From Octopus sinensis (taxonomy: Eukaryota), in NCBI RefSeq assembly GCF_006345805.1, contig NC_042999.1, positions 127,286,001 to 127,350,000 of the forward strand: a DNA stretch of 64,000 nucleotides. Reading direction: 5' to 3'. Position 1 is the stretch's first letter. The number at the start of each line of letters is the position of its first letter. The notes under the pieces are model-generated. The model had not been told where the DNA came from and did no database searches. It saw only the letters and a program-made list of their open reading frames with translations. A program made the translations under genes and the position numbers. This document shows positions 1-12,454 of this stretch, piece after piece.

Positions 1-2
1 AT

Positions 3-119
3 AAAAAGTGTCGTCTTACCTTTGCAACCGAACATGCGTTGTGGTCTCAAGAAAAATGGCAAATGGTGCATTTCAGTGATGAATCTAAGTTTATGTTATT
101 TGGCTCAGATGGGAAAATT
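3..119 (+). mobile_element. Tc1-family transposase fragment (cut by window edge)
   Basis: Frame from nt 3 reads KKCRLTFATEHALWSQEKWQMVHFSDESKFMLFGSDGK, matching the Tc1 W..V.FSDESKF.LFGSDG motif around the first catalytic Asp. Confidence 0.85.
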
Positions 120-429
120 ATTTATATGGGAAAATTTTCCCATATATATAGTGATCCAGTTGTATATTACTCCATAGTTTAAAACTCACATATAGTATGC
201 AGTCAGTTCATGTTACTCATAGTTTCAAATTCACCGAAAAAAAAAGAAAAGATGACTGAGCTCACTCTCACCAAGCTTGGGTAACTTGTACACCTACCTC
301 AAATCAACCAAGTCATATAATCATGAACTCTGCCTCATTGACTGCCTATGAAGGAATTTGGAAAAAATATGACTTAACTCTACTTTTATTATATTGAGTG
401 CTGTGCACTTTGTTATATGAATCTTGTTT

Positions 430-633
430 AATCATACATACACTCACACACATATGCATATATGTGTGAATGTGTGCATGTATATACATGTGTATGTATA
501 TATATATATATATATATGTGTGTGTGCGTGTGTGTGTATGTATATATATCTATATATGTGTGTGTGTGTATATATGTATATATATATCTATATGTGTGTG
601 TGTGTGTGTGTGTGTGTATGCATGTATATATAT
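430..633. repeat. (TA)n/(TG)n compound microsatellite
   Basis: Directly visible dinucleotide runs. Confidence 0.95.
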
Positions 634-734
634 TAATTCATAATAGAATATAAGGATAAAATCATGTTAATGATCAGGTAGTCAGCATGCTATATATACC
701 TATAAATTTATGTATACCGATATATATCAATATA

Positions 735-1096
735 CTCTTTTACTTGTTTCAGTCACTTGACTGGAGCACCACCTTTAGTTGAGCAAACTGACCCCAGGAC
801 TTATTCTTTGTAAGCCTAGTACTTATTCTATCAGTCTCTTTTAAACATACGAGCATTGGTTGTCAAGCGATGTTAGCGGGGGCAAACACAAACACACAAA
901 CACACACACATATATATATATATACATATATACGACAGGCTTCTTTCAGTTTCCGTCTACCAAATCCACTCACAAGGCTTTGGTCGGCCAGAGGCTATAA
1001 TAGAAGACACTTGCCCAAGGTGCCATGCAGTGGGACTGAACCCGGAACCATGTGGTTGGTAAGCAAGGTACTTACCACACAGCCACTCCTGCGCCT
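735..1096 (-). mobile_element. tRNA-derived SINE, type A (octopus OK/OR-like; exact family not assigned)
   Basis: Minus strand starts GGCGCAGGAGTGGCTGTGTGGTAAG...GGTTCAGTCC (A/B-box-like) and has an internal (TA/TG)n; homologous copies near 13910, 40000, 48915, 54645, 57650. Confidence 0.85.
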
Positions 1097-1114
1097 ATGT
1101 ATATACATATAAAA

Positions 1115-1325
1115 TGTGACCACGTGTGTACCGTTGGCGATTTGTTTTCCTCCGTCTTCGCTTCTCTGAATCTTTCCTTTTCCTATGTTTCTGACGAAGA
1201 GCTCCGCTCGAAACGTTAAACCCTCCTTCTTCCCTTCCTTCCTGAGTGTCCAATAATACTATATTTGTTCCACGTCCTCGCGATGTTGTGTTTTCTCTTT
1301 GTGTTTTCATTTTTGGATTAACTAT
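1115..1325 (+). mobile_element. Penelope-like terminal cassette with hammerhead ribozyme
   Basis: Flanked by (TA)n, contains the hammerhead at 1187-1221; homologous copies at 16440-16640 and 27985-28180. Confidence 0.7.
1187..1221 (+). ncRNA. Minimal type-I hammerhead ribozyme motif
   Basis: GTTT-CTGACGA-A-GAGC(TCC)GCTC-GAAA-CG-TT-AAAC: stem I GTTT/AAAC, stem II GAGC/GCTC, palindromic stem III ACGT, GUU cleavage triplet, one extra A after A9. Confidence 0.75.
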
Positions 1326-1346
1326 ATATATATGTATGTATATATA

Positions 1347-1575
1347 CTTTATTTAAAAGCAGCAGAATATAACAAAAGCTGTTATTCAGAGTTTCACGTA
1401 ATGATCATTATTGCTGTTCTATTTTAACAAAACTGTACGACGAACGGGAACATGAAACTCTGAATAACAGCTTTTGTTATATTTCTGCTGCTTTTAAATA
1501 AAGCGTATTACTCTACCTTTGGTATTTGAGTACTCTTTTTCCACCATGTTTCATATTTATGTGCTTACTCCAGTA
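1347..1575. mobile_element. Inverted-repeat cassette with degenerate hammerhead (1433-1470, +)
   Basis: Arms ~1348-1398 and ~1452-1503 are reverse complements; CTGT-acGACGA-ACG(GGAA)CaT-GAAA-CTCTGAaT-A-ACAG; flanked by (TA)n. Confidence 0.65.
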
Positions 1576-1576
1576 T

Positions 1577-1616
<40 letters not shown>

Positions 1617-2128
1617 CTAGCAGTATCGCCCGGCATTGCTCGGGTTTGTAAGGGAAATAACTATATAAGCATTTTTAGAGAGTTACTTCCCTTATAGATG
1701 CCAATTCGGGCTTTCTTAGCCATTTCTGTTTTGGTGTCTTCAAGCCATGAAGTCGTTGTTCTAAAAGAACGCTGGTCTCCTTGACAACGCATTACGACGT
1801 TGATTTCCTTACACTCCCTTCCCCACAGCTTCACGAGGGAGGGAAGAAGGGGGAGAAGCAAACAGGTGCAGGTGTGACCATGGACGCCAACTCCGCCGCC
1901 ATCGACACACGAAAAATTATGCATTAAAATGGAATAAAAAATGATGTTAAATTATTTTTAAAATCGTAGACTCATCGTAGACGCGTGCTAATACTCAGAC
2001 GGGCTCGATATGAATCACAACTATAAGATACCTGAATTTGGTTAAACTGCACCGCAAAATGTAGGAGTAGTTAGGAATCTAAATCGAAGGGGACATCACT
2101 CACACAACTACAGTTTTATATATATAGA
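1617..2128 (-). mobile_element. Non-autonomous Helitron
   Basis: Minus strand reads A|TC...CTAG|T, with subterminal hairpin CCCGAGCAATGCCGGG shortly before CTAG; homologous to 11122-11416. Confidence 0.85.
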
Positions 2129-2130
2129 TA

Positions 2131-3541
2131 TGATTGATTGATTCTAGTTTCAGCTCATGAGCTGTGGCCATGCTGGGGCACCGCCATTTGGTGTTGCTAC
2201 ATGGTTTTACTTCATGAATGCTTTTTAGCAACTGCCATTTGGTGCATGAGAGAGTTCAATGCAGCTGCCCTCATCTGCACCTCCTGCCGTGAAGTTGGTT
2301 CATCTGGGATACCTGACAAGAAGAGATCCAGTTTCATTTTAAAGACATCTGCATCCACCCCATGCAGGTCTCTTAGATTCTTCGGGAGGATATTGAAGAG
2401 CTGTGGGCCTCGGAAGCCCAGGCTATCACAGTATCTTGTCCTACATCTTGATGGCAAATTTGGAGTCCTAGGCACCACGCAGTGGCGCCCAGTTCTGGCA
2501 TTTGTGTAACTCTCGATGCCAAAGTTTGGGACAAGTCTCTCCAGGATCTTCCAGATGTATATTATGGCATATCTTTCTCGCCTACGCTCCAAGGAATAGA
2601 GTTTTAATCTCTTGAGTCTTTCCCAGTAGCTTATATTCTGCATAGAGGCTATCTTCTTCGTGTAGCTACGTTGAATCGCCTCAAGTTCTGTGATCAACTT
2701 GACACTGGATGGTGACCATAGCTGAGAGCAATAGTCAAAGTGGCTTAGGACAAGTGTCCTCCAGAGGACCATCATGGTTTCTTGTTCTCTTGTTCTAAAG
2801 GTTCTGAGAATCCATCCGGCCAGTCGTCTACATTTCATTGCCAATTTAGCAACATGTACATGAAAGGTTACGTCATCACTCATGTAAATACCCAGGTCAC
2901 GCACTGATTGTGCCTCTGGGATTGCAATTCCTCCGGGTCCAGTGTATTCATTGGGTATTGCATTTAGTTTTGCATGCTGATAGTATAAAGCTTGAAACTT
3001 TTCAGCATTGAACTGCATGCTATTCTTTTCAGCCCACTTTGTCCAGCTCACATTGCAGGCGTTTAGTGTCCTCAGGGTTCTGTATTGCCTGTGAAACTTT
3101 TGTATCATCTGCATAACTTGTGATCGTGGCTCTCTGCGTGGCTGAGGGCATGTCTGAGAGGGCCATTATAAACAGTAGTGGTCCTAAAACAGTGCCCTGC
3201 GGAACACCGCTCACTATTTGCGTGTTAATTCTATCTTTCAGAAAGTCACGAAGCCATTCTCCCAGTTTTCCAACTATGCTGAGATCACGCAGTTTGTGAC
3301 ATATCATTCCATGATCGACTTTATCAAAGGCCTTTGCAAAGTCGAGATATATCGCTTCCACATTTGAGTGGTTGAGCAGTCGTTTCAGCACCCAGTCATA
3401 GTGTTGTAGGAGCTGAGTTAAGCAGCTTCTCCCTGGTCGGAAACCATGTTGGGTGTCAGGCAGCAAGTCATTTTCTTCAAGGAAGGTGATCAGTTTCCTT
3501 CTGACTATTCATTCCATGACCTTGCTGATGTGTGAGGTCAG
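2131..3541 (-). mobile_element. 5'-truncated CR1/L2-group LINE, frameshifted reverse transcriptase remnant
   Basis: QHGFRPGRSC, YLDFAKAFDKVDH, SGVPQGTVLGPLLF, YADD, RDLG and LYSLERRRERY across ORFs 3029-3466 and 2212-3114; (AATC)n tail at 2131-2143. Confidence 0.93.
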
Positions 3542-3573
<32 letters not shown>

Positions 3574-3594
3574 TAATATATATATATATATATA

Positions 3595-3659
<65 letters not shown>

Positions 3660-3714
3660 TATATGTATATATATATATTATATATATTATATATATATAT
3701 ATGTATATATATAT
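3542..3714. repeat. (TA)n microsatellite
   Basis: Directly visible. Confidence 0.95.
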
Positions 3715-4450
3715 ACGACCTTCGGACGTTAGCCACGACCTTCGGACGTTAGGTCTCACCATGGAAATGGCTAGAGACCGAGACCTATGGAAGTATGCTG
3801 TGCGTGAGAAGACCCGGCAAGACTAGTGAAACCATAATCCGTGGCCCCTACCTGGGACGTAGTCAGTCCACCTGTGCATACCTTCCTTCTTGTGACACTT
3901 GTGAAGACCTGTTGAGGCAAGTGAGAATCGAATCAAATCAAATCAAATCAAATCGAACCAATCAAAATAGATGAACATCAATGGAATTTGTAACCTTGTG
4001 GTACCAGTGCCGGTGGCACATAAGAAAACCATCCGAACGTGATCGTAGCCAGTACCGCAACGACTGGCTCCGTGCTGAGGGCACGTAACAAACACCATCC
4101 GAGCATGGCCGTCCGCCAGCCCCGTCTGGCACCTGTGTCGGTGACACATAAGAAAACACCATCCGAGCGTGGCCGTCAGCCAGCCTCGTCTGGCACCTGT
4201 GTCGGTGGCACATAAAACACCATCCGAGCGTGGCCGTCTGCCAGCCTCGTCTGGCACCTGTGTCGGTGGCACATAAAATCACCCACTACACTCTCGGAGT
4301 GGTTGGCGTTAGGAAGGGCATCCAGCTGTAGAAACACTGCCAGATCTGACTGGCCTGGTGCAGCCTTCGGCTTGCCAGACCCCAGTTGAACCGTCCAACC
4401 CATGCTAGCATGGAAAGCGGACGTTAAACGATGATGATGATGATGATGAT
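3715..4450 (+). mobile_element. RTE-clade LINE 3' end (ORF tail, tandem-repeat 3' UTR, (GAT)n tail)
   Basis: HDLRTLGLTMEMARDRDLWKYAVREKTRQD* matches the ORF end at 20157-20474; 3' UTR is shared with many copies in the window. Confidence 0.88.
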
Positions 4451-4468
4451 ATATACATATATATATAT

Positions 4469-4540
<72 letters not shown>

Positions 4541-4683
4541 TCATAAATGAGGGTGAAAAATTAGATATTAATTTAATAATACCATCAGTTTAACACCAAG
4601 TGGCCTAGCACATAAAAAACCAGGGAGACAATACAAATTATACGAAAATGTAAGAGAGTTACCGTTAAGTGGTTACTCTAGTG

Positions 4684-4735
<52 letters not shown>

Positions 4736-5099
4736 ATATATTATATATATATATATATATATGTATGTATATATATATGACTTACAGGTGGAGATATGCA
4801 AATTTACTTATTCCTACAGGTTTGACAAATGTAATAGGTTCTCTATATAACTCATGAATGGGGGAGAGAGAAAAAGAGGTGAGAGTGGAAAAACAAAGAG
4901 AAAGATAGAGTAAAGATGAATAAGTCTATCTATAATGAATCTATAATGAATATTGCTGTGATTTCAAAAACTGACTAACCTAGTCCTCCACATGCAGAAA
5001 TGCAGTCATCAATAAATCAACAAATATATATAAAAATATATAATAAAGAATAGAAGAAATGAAAAGAGGAAGTGGGTAACAAAGAAGGAAAAGGGAGGT

Positions 5100-5107
5100 T
5101 ATGTGTA

Positions 5108-5146
<39 letters not shown>

Positions 5147-5685
5147 TTATGTGTGTGTTTGTGTGTGCGCGTGAGGGTGTGGTTGTGTGTGGTAAAAGAA
5201 GAGTAACTGAGGTGGAGGTCTGGGGGTGAGGGTGGAATGCTGTAAAGAATGAGAAAAAGAAAATATGAGAACAATATGCAAGTTAGGATGTGTTTGTGGA
5301 AAGTAAGTGAAACAGTAAGAAAAGAGAGGATATGGAGTGCGAGGTGGTAAATGTGAATAATAGAAGGACAAGGAGAAGGAGGTGGAGAAAGAAGAAGGGG
5401 GAGAAAAAGATAAAGGAGGAGGAGGAGGAAGCAGAAGAGAAGGAGGAGGAGGAAGCAGAAGAGAAGGAGGAGGAGGAAGCAGAAGAGGAGGGGAGGAGGA
5501 GGAGGAAGAGATGGGGAGGAGGAGGAAGAGATGGGGAGGAGGAGGAGGAAGGGGAGGGGAGGAGGAGGAGGGAAAAGAAGAGGTGGTGTCTGGTGGTGGT
5601 GCTGGTGCTGGTGGTAATAATAGTTGGAGTAGAAGGTGGAGTTGGAGGAAGAGGAAGAGGAGGAGGAGGAGGAGGAGGAGGCAGA

Positions 5686-5739
<54 letters not shown>

Positions 5740-6304
5740 CGTAGCAGCAGCAGCAGCAGTAGGAACAAAGGAAAAAGGAAGAAAGGAAAGGTAAGGAAAA
5801 GAAAATGAATAATACAGTATTAAGAAATAAAAACAGATATATAAGAAATGATGTATTATAGAGCAAAAGCAGGGTGGTGTTCTCTTTAGAGTGGGGAGAC
5901 ACAGAAGAACACCCACCCTAGGGGCTCTACTTGCCATGCCATCTCCCCCCACACACACTCACAACCCCCCATCCCCCACCCATTACCTTTCCCCCACCAG
6001 GAGTGAATGAGTGTGCAAGAGCAGGGGCAGGAGCATGAGCAGTGTTACTTGGTTGCACTTGTGCGACTAAAATGCTAAATGTTAGTAGGGCTGAATGTGA
6101 AACCTTCTGAGTACTTTCTGGAGAAAGAAAGGAAGGAAGAAAGAGCAGCAACAGACAGGACAGTAGGAGTGTGACTTCACATCTCTGAATGTGGTCCACT
6201 GGTGGTGGTGGTGGTGGTGGTGATGGTGGTAGGAGTATTGGTGGAGGTGGTGGTAGTGAGAGTGGGTAGATGGTGTGTATCTCTTAGGAAATGATTTCTG
6301 TTAT

Positions 6305-6372
<68 letters not shown>

Positions 6373-6677
6373 ATGTTGCACAGGTGAAGTATAATAAGCA
6401 TGTAACAGAGTGAGAGAGAGAAGGGATGGGGGGAAGGAGAAATGGCAAGAGAGAGAAAGTTTAGTGAGAGAGAGAGAGGGAGAGCGGAAGAGAGAAAATG
6501 AAAAAGACATAGACAGACAGAGAGCAAACAAAAGAGAGGATGAGAGAGAGCTAGTCAAAGAGAAGCAGAAAGAGAGTGAGAGAGAGAGAGAGAATGAGAG
6601 CCATAAACAGTGAGAGTAAGCAAGAGAGAGGATGAGAGAGCTAGACAAAGAGAGAGAGAGAATGTGATAGAGGGAAG

Positions 6678-6752
<75 letters not shown>

Positions 6753-7050
6753 AGATAGTTAGATAAATGGATAGATAAATAGACAGACAGAGAGAGACAG
6801 AGAAAGTGAGAAAGGAAAGAGAGAGAAAGAATATTTTTAATGGAAGGAAAAGGAAATGGATGAGAGAGTGGGGTGGAGGTGCATGGATAAGGAAAGTGGA
6901 AGATGCTGATGAAAATCTCCTCTTCCCCACCAATGAGAAGAAGAGGAGATGCTGTGGAAGAGTATGATGGTAGTGGTGATGGTGGTAGTGGTGGAGGGAA
7001 GATAGTGATAATGAAATATGGACAGGTACGAGGGGATGAGAGGCAGAAAG
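5100..7050. repeat. Low-complexity polypurine region: (GT)n, (GAG)n, (TAG)n, (GA)n, (GATA)n
   Basis: Directly visible; explains the long compositional ORFs at 5017-7107. Confidence 0.92.
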
Positions 7051-7676
7051 TTCATCAAATAGAAATTTTTTTTTTAAACAGATGAAAAATAAAATAAAAA
7101 TTGCCAAAATTTAAAAAAAAAGAATTGACAAAGTAAAGATGAAAAAAATAGATAAGCAATTGTGGTAAAAATTGGAGAAAGGAAACCACAAGGAATATAT
7201 GCAATAAAGAGATAATTCAGCTAAACTGAGATTATTGCAGAGTAAAGAGTATGGGAATCAAAAATATCCAACAGCAAGCAACTTATTAACTGGTTACACT
7301 ACAAGTCAACAAGGAAGCCTCAATGTGGTTAATCAATATACTAGAAATAGCAACCATATCTCCCTTAAATCATACCATACAGTTTTTAGAAAGGGAAGGA
7401 CACTGGATTATGTAGTCCTAGATATCATGTCTGAATATAAGAAGAGATTTGCTTGATAAAGGCCAACCTAGGGTTAAACAATTTAACTACATTATTAGCC
7501 AATGAGAAAGCTTCTGTCATCAACTGGTTTGCTAGAAATAGCAGCTAAATCTTCCTAAAAGCACTCCTTACTATCTTTATAAAAGAGAAGGACCCATTGA
7601 ACAATGTAGTTCTAGATATACTACATCTGAAAATAAGATAAAAGTTCTGCTTCCCAACAATATGGTCAGAGGTTTA

Positions 7677-8098
7677 AGGCAGCGAGCTGGTGGAAACGTT
7701 AGCACGCTGGGCAATTTGCTTAGTGGTATTTCGTCTGCCGCTACATTCTGAGTTCAAATTCCGCTGAGGTCGACTTTGCCTTTCATCCTTCCGGGGTTGA
7801 TTAAATAAGTACCAGTTATGCACTGGGGTCGATATAATCGACTTAATCCGTTTGTCTGTCCTTGCTTGTTCTCTCTGTGTTTAGCCCCTTGTGGGTAGTA
7901 AAGAAATAGAAATAGGTATTTCGTCTGTCTTTACATTCTAAGTTCAAATTCTGCCGAGGTCGACTTAACCTTTCATCCTTTCGAGGTTGATTAAATAAGT
8001 ACCAGTTATGCACTGGGTTGATGTAATCGAATTAATCCCTTTGCCTGACCTTGTTTTTCCCCCCTGTGTTTAGCTCCCTGTGGGCAATAAAGAAATAT
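7677..8098 (+). mobile_element. tRNA-derived SINE, type B, followed by a partial tandem copy (from ~7911)
   Basis: GGCAGCGAGCTGGTGGAAACGTTAGC...GAGTTCAAATTCC (B box); the body repeats at 7911-8098; homologs at 55140-55290 and 62530-63155. Confidence 0.82.
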
Positions 8099-9387
8099 AT
8101 ATCCATGAACTTACCATCTTATACAACTGAAGTAGAAAAACTATTCCATTTACTTTTATCCCTATTTTCTCATACTTGCAAAGGTGGGGCACTTTTCTTG
8201 TTTTGGAACAAATGTTATTTACAGCTGGATATCACTAACCATTCTATCACTAACCATTACAGCAGTCAACTTGAGAGTGAAACTTCTATTTAAGTAAGTT
8301 GGGCCAACTGAGTGAAGCAGAGTAACATGTTGCTGGATAACACAGAGTGTGGATGAAGTATGGACAATTGTTTAAGAAGTTAGCTTTGTGATCACAAGGT
8401 TCTGGTTTCAATCCCACTGCGTGGCACGTTGGGCAGTGTATTTTACCATTATCTTGGGTTGGCCAAGCCTTATGAGGGAAAATGGAAATGGTGCATCAAC
8501 CAGTCAGATAGATCATACCTGTAATTCAAAGTTAAAGCCTCATCACACATTGTGTAATGCTGATACTACCTGAAGATTGCATTAATGGCACACATGACTG
8601 TGGAATGGTCAGCCACTTACTTGCTAATTCAATGAGTAAGTAATTCAGTTGATTGATCAATTGAATCCTCATTATCAAAACTAGTAGAGATCCACTTACT
8701 TTTACTGTAACCCTGGGCTTATTCTAATTGAACAGATCTATGGAATGAAAGTTGTTAGTTGAATAGACTATATGCAACTCAGATCTTTAGTGATTAGCCA
8801 TGTAATATTCATTGGCAGTTCACAATATTAGGCTGGTTGTGTGTGAAGACAATGACCACACTAAAATCTTCAAATATTTAATCAACCCACATCATATTTA
8901 CAATTGTACATCCAATAGATTACAGGAACAATGTTCAACAAACATAACAGTTGGCATTCTTCTGTAATACAACTGGTTACTAAATATTATGGAAGTGGTG
9001 CAAGAAATTTAAATTATTGCATATGATTAATGTGCATTTCTCAACACTACAAGGTAAGGCATGTGTGTTTCCCTTTCGATACCAACCTGTCTGAGGCTGC
9101 TCCTCATTCTATTATACAAACACATTCTTGGTGACATGTAAAAGCATCCAGGCCAGCGACATGTAAAAGGCACTCACTACACTCTTGGAGTGGTTGGCAT
9201 TAGGAAGAGTATCCAGCCATAGAAACCAAAATCAGATTGGAACTTGGTGCCACTCTCTGGCTTACCAGTTCCAGTCAAACCATCTAACCCAGTGGTTCCC
9301 AACAGTGATTTCTAACCCTTTTATTTAAATAAGATTCCCATGGATCCCTTTTAATATGCATATCCTTATGTATATGTATGTGTATAT

Positions 9388-9588
9388 ATCATCATCATCA
9401 TCATCATCGTTTAACGTCCGCTTTCCATGCTAGCATGGGTTGGACGGTTCAACTGGGGTCTGGCAAGCCCGAAGGCTGCACCAGGCCAGTCAGATCTGGC
9501 AGTGTTTCTACAGCTGGATGCCCTTCCTAACGCCAACCACTCCGAGAGTGTAGTGGGTGATTTTATGTGCCACCGACACAGGTGCCAG
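9388..9588 (-). mobile_element. RTE 3'-end fragment
   Basis: Nearly identical to the reverse complement of 4250-4445; (ATC)n on the + strand. Confidence 0.88.
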
Positions 9589-9604
9589 TATATATATATA
9601 TACT

Positions 9605-11074
9605 ACCTTTGTAGACCACCAGGGTCTGGTATGCGAGGAATGAAGACGGTGTCACCTTTACCACAGCCAATGAGAATATTTGCTTCATTGCAGTTCCTCA
9701 TAAGGTTGTGCACAATTAATCTCATACATCGCATTATTTGGGTTGAGACAAATTATGCAATAGCATAATAGGAGTCCCTTTTTTCAGCTGAAGACAATGA
9801 GGAGCTGTACCAGGTGGTTCTAGTAAATTAAAAAATTCGATGGGTAGTTAACATTATCCTGATCATCAACAACACTGTCAATTGAGTTATAAGTGAATGT
9901 TTCTCCTGGAAGCTTATTCAACAGCATATTATTAATGCTATGTACTGCAACATTTTTTGGAGCCAGGATAGCTCACTCCCAAATCCAATCTGCATTGTGG
10001 TAATTATGAATAAAATTAGAAAAGATTTCATCCACCAAATCATCGATGGAATGAGTTGAATTACATATTGGATTGAATGTAAGAAACTGTTCTTCATCAA
10101 TTGGAAGTCTCCCTTCACCGAGTTTCAAAAGCTACTCTGCAAATAGTTCAGCTGATTGATGTCTTGAAAGCCTTGATCTTGTATTTGTTCAATGTTGAAG
10201 TGTTTTCACATGATGCCATAATACAGAAGACTTTATTAAAGCATTGAGGTCATCCACTTTAGTTACTCTTGGTAGTGTTTGTCAGAAGTCTCCTGACAAT
10301 AATATCATATAATTGCCATTATGGAATTGCAACTTCTACTGTCTCATAATGTTCTGTCAACAGCTTCAAAAGCATTTTTGAGGGCCATGGTACATTTGTC
10401 CCAGACAATTAAGTAACATCTTTGTATTAGTTCACCCATTGCAGAATTTTTAGATATATTACAAACCGGATCTTGTTTGTTAGATGAATCTAAAAGTAAT
10501 TTGAATGTTGATTGGGCAGTCCAACCTCTGGGTAGTAATGTTGCTGCAATCCCAAAAGTAGCTGTAGTTAAAGCTATTTTATTTTCTTGACGAACTTTAG
10601 CCAGGAGGAGTTTAATTACAAATGTCTTCCCAGTACTTCCTGGAGCATCTAAGAGATAAAGCCCTCCTGTGTTATTGTTTATACTTTCTATGACAGTGGA
10701 ATATGCATGACGTTCTCAGGCAGAAGCTTGGGAAGATTATCATTTATGTACATGGTCAGTTCATCCTTATCATAGCAAATTTCTCTTGTTATTTCAATAG
10801 AGAAAGAAAGAGAGGGAAAACAGACAGATAGAGAAGAAAGAAAACCATAGAGATGGTGTCTGGTTTTAGTTTCACTTTGTGGGACAAACAAAGAGACAGA
10901 ATCTCTTTGAAGTAGCATGGCAGAGAGACAGACAAGCAGACAGACAGAGAATATAGAGGGAGAGAGAGAATAAAGGAGACATAGAAAGAAAATCATAGAG
11001 AGATGGTGCCTGGCTTTAGTTTCACTTTGTGGGACAAACAGACGAACAGACAGAATCTTTTATATATATATAGA
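9605..11074 (-). mobile_element. Helitron remnant with decayed PIF1-type helicase
   Basis: Minus strand LDAPGSTGKTF (Walker A), [53 protein letters not shown] with stops; 5' A|TC(TA)n start at ~11074. Confidence 0.88.
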
Positions 11075-11121
11075 TTTGTGAGACAAACAAACAAACAAAC
11101 AGAATCTCTCTTATATATATA

Positions 11122-11416
11122 TCTTTATATATAAAAGTGAAGTTGTGTGTCTGTCTCCTACGATTTAGATTCCTAACTACTCCCACATTTTGCGGTGCAG
11201 TTTAACCAAAACTGGGTATCTTGTAGTCGTGATTCATATCGAGCCCTTCTGGGTATTAGCGCACGTCTACGATGAGTCTACGATTTAAAAAATAATTTAC
11301 CATCATTTTTTTCCCATTTTTAATGCATTTTTTTGCTATTTTTTGGCTATAACTCTAAAAATGCTTATATAGTTATTTCCCTTACAAACCCGAGCAACGC
11401 CGGGCAATACTGCTAG
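11122..11416 (+). mobile_element. Non-autonomous Helitron (short version of 1617-2128)
   Basis: A|TC start, hairpin CCCGAGCAACGCCGGG, CTAG|T end. Confidence 0.85.
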
Positions 11417-11607
11417 TATAGATTTAAGATATAAGTAAGAATCAAATTTAAGCAAATCAAATTCACATATACATTTATATTTATTCAGCCTTGGACCCAA
11501 CATGCATGAAATTGTCTGAAAATATATTCAATACATCAAACATATTAAAAATATGTAGATATATAAAAATATTTAGAGTAATTAATATATTAAAAATATA
11601 TTATTTT

Positions 11608-11998
11608 AAAAGCTGGCCTCCGTGCTGATGGCATGTAAAAAACACCATTCTAGCGTGATTGTTACCTGCGTTGCCTTACTGGCACTTGTGCTGGTGGCAC
11701 ATGAAAAAACATTTGAGCGAGGTCGTTGCCAGTGCCGCTGGACTGACTCCTGTGCAGGTGGCACATAAAAAGCACCATCTGAGTGTGGCCATTGCTAGTA
11801 CCACCTGACTGGCCCTCATGCCAATGGCACATAAAAGCACCCACTCGGAGTGGTTGGCGTTAGGAAGGGCATCTAGCTGTAGAGACTCTGCCAGATCAGA
11901 TTGGAGTCTGGTGCAGCCACCTCGTTTGCCAGACCTCAGTCAAATCATCCAACCCATGCTAACATGGAAAGCGGACGTTAAATGATGATGATGATGAT
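11608..11998 (+). mobile_element. RTE 3'-end fragment
   Basis: Shared 3' UTR (...AGGAAGGGCATC...CATGGAAAGCGGACGTTAAA) and (GAT)n tail. Confidence 0.85.
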
Positions 11999-12386
11999 TT
12001 CATTAAATGTATATGTGAATTTGATTTGTCTAAATTTGATTCTTACTTCTACATTATTCTAATGCCTCAGGTTTGAATATTTGGAGCACTTCAAAGTGAA
12101 GTCTATGCATCAGAGAAAATATTTTTCCTTATAATCATATATATAAATATATATATGTATATATACAGCTACCATTGAATGGTTGGCCTGTGATACTCCT
12201 GATTTCATCCATCCTTTGACGGGTTTCATTTTCTCATACATCAAGATATCTTAAAATTCCACCCAGCCTTTTCCCTAGCACTGATGAGTCAACCATGCAC
12301 AGGCTGTACCAGCTCACATGATTACTTGTTGCAAGTTTCTGGTTATCAAATTCTAAACACAAAAGCACACAGACCACACACACACA

Positions 12387-12454
<68 letters not shown>

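Noticed and set aside
4000-4290. CRISPR-like repeat array
   Set aside because: Units are contiguous tandem repeats without unique spacers, lie inside a LINE 3' UTR in eukaryotic DNA, and no cas genes are present
4800-4865. Additional hammerhead remnants (also ~26030-26080)
   Set aside because: Context fits the (TA)n cassettes, but the cores are too decayed to call
5017-7107. Long ORFs (313, 251, 268 aa and others)
   Set aside because: Stop-free only because of simple repeats; open in several frames on both strands; no domain recognisable
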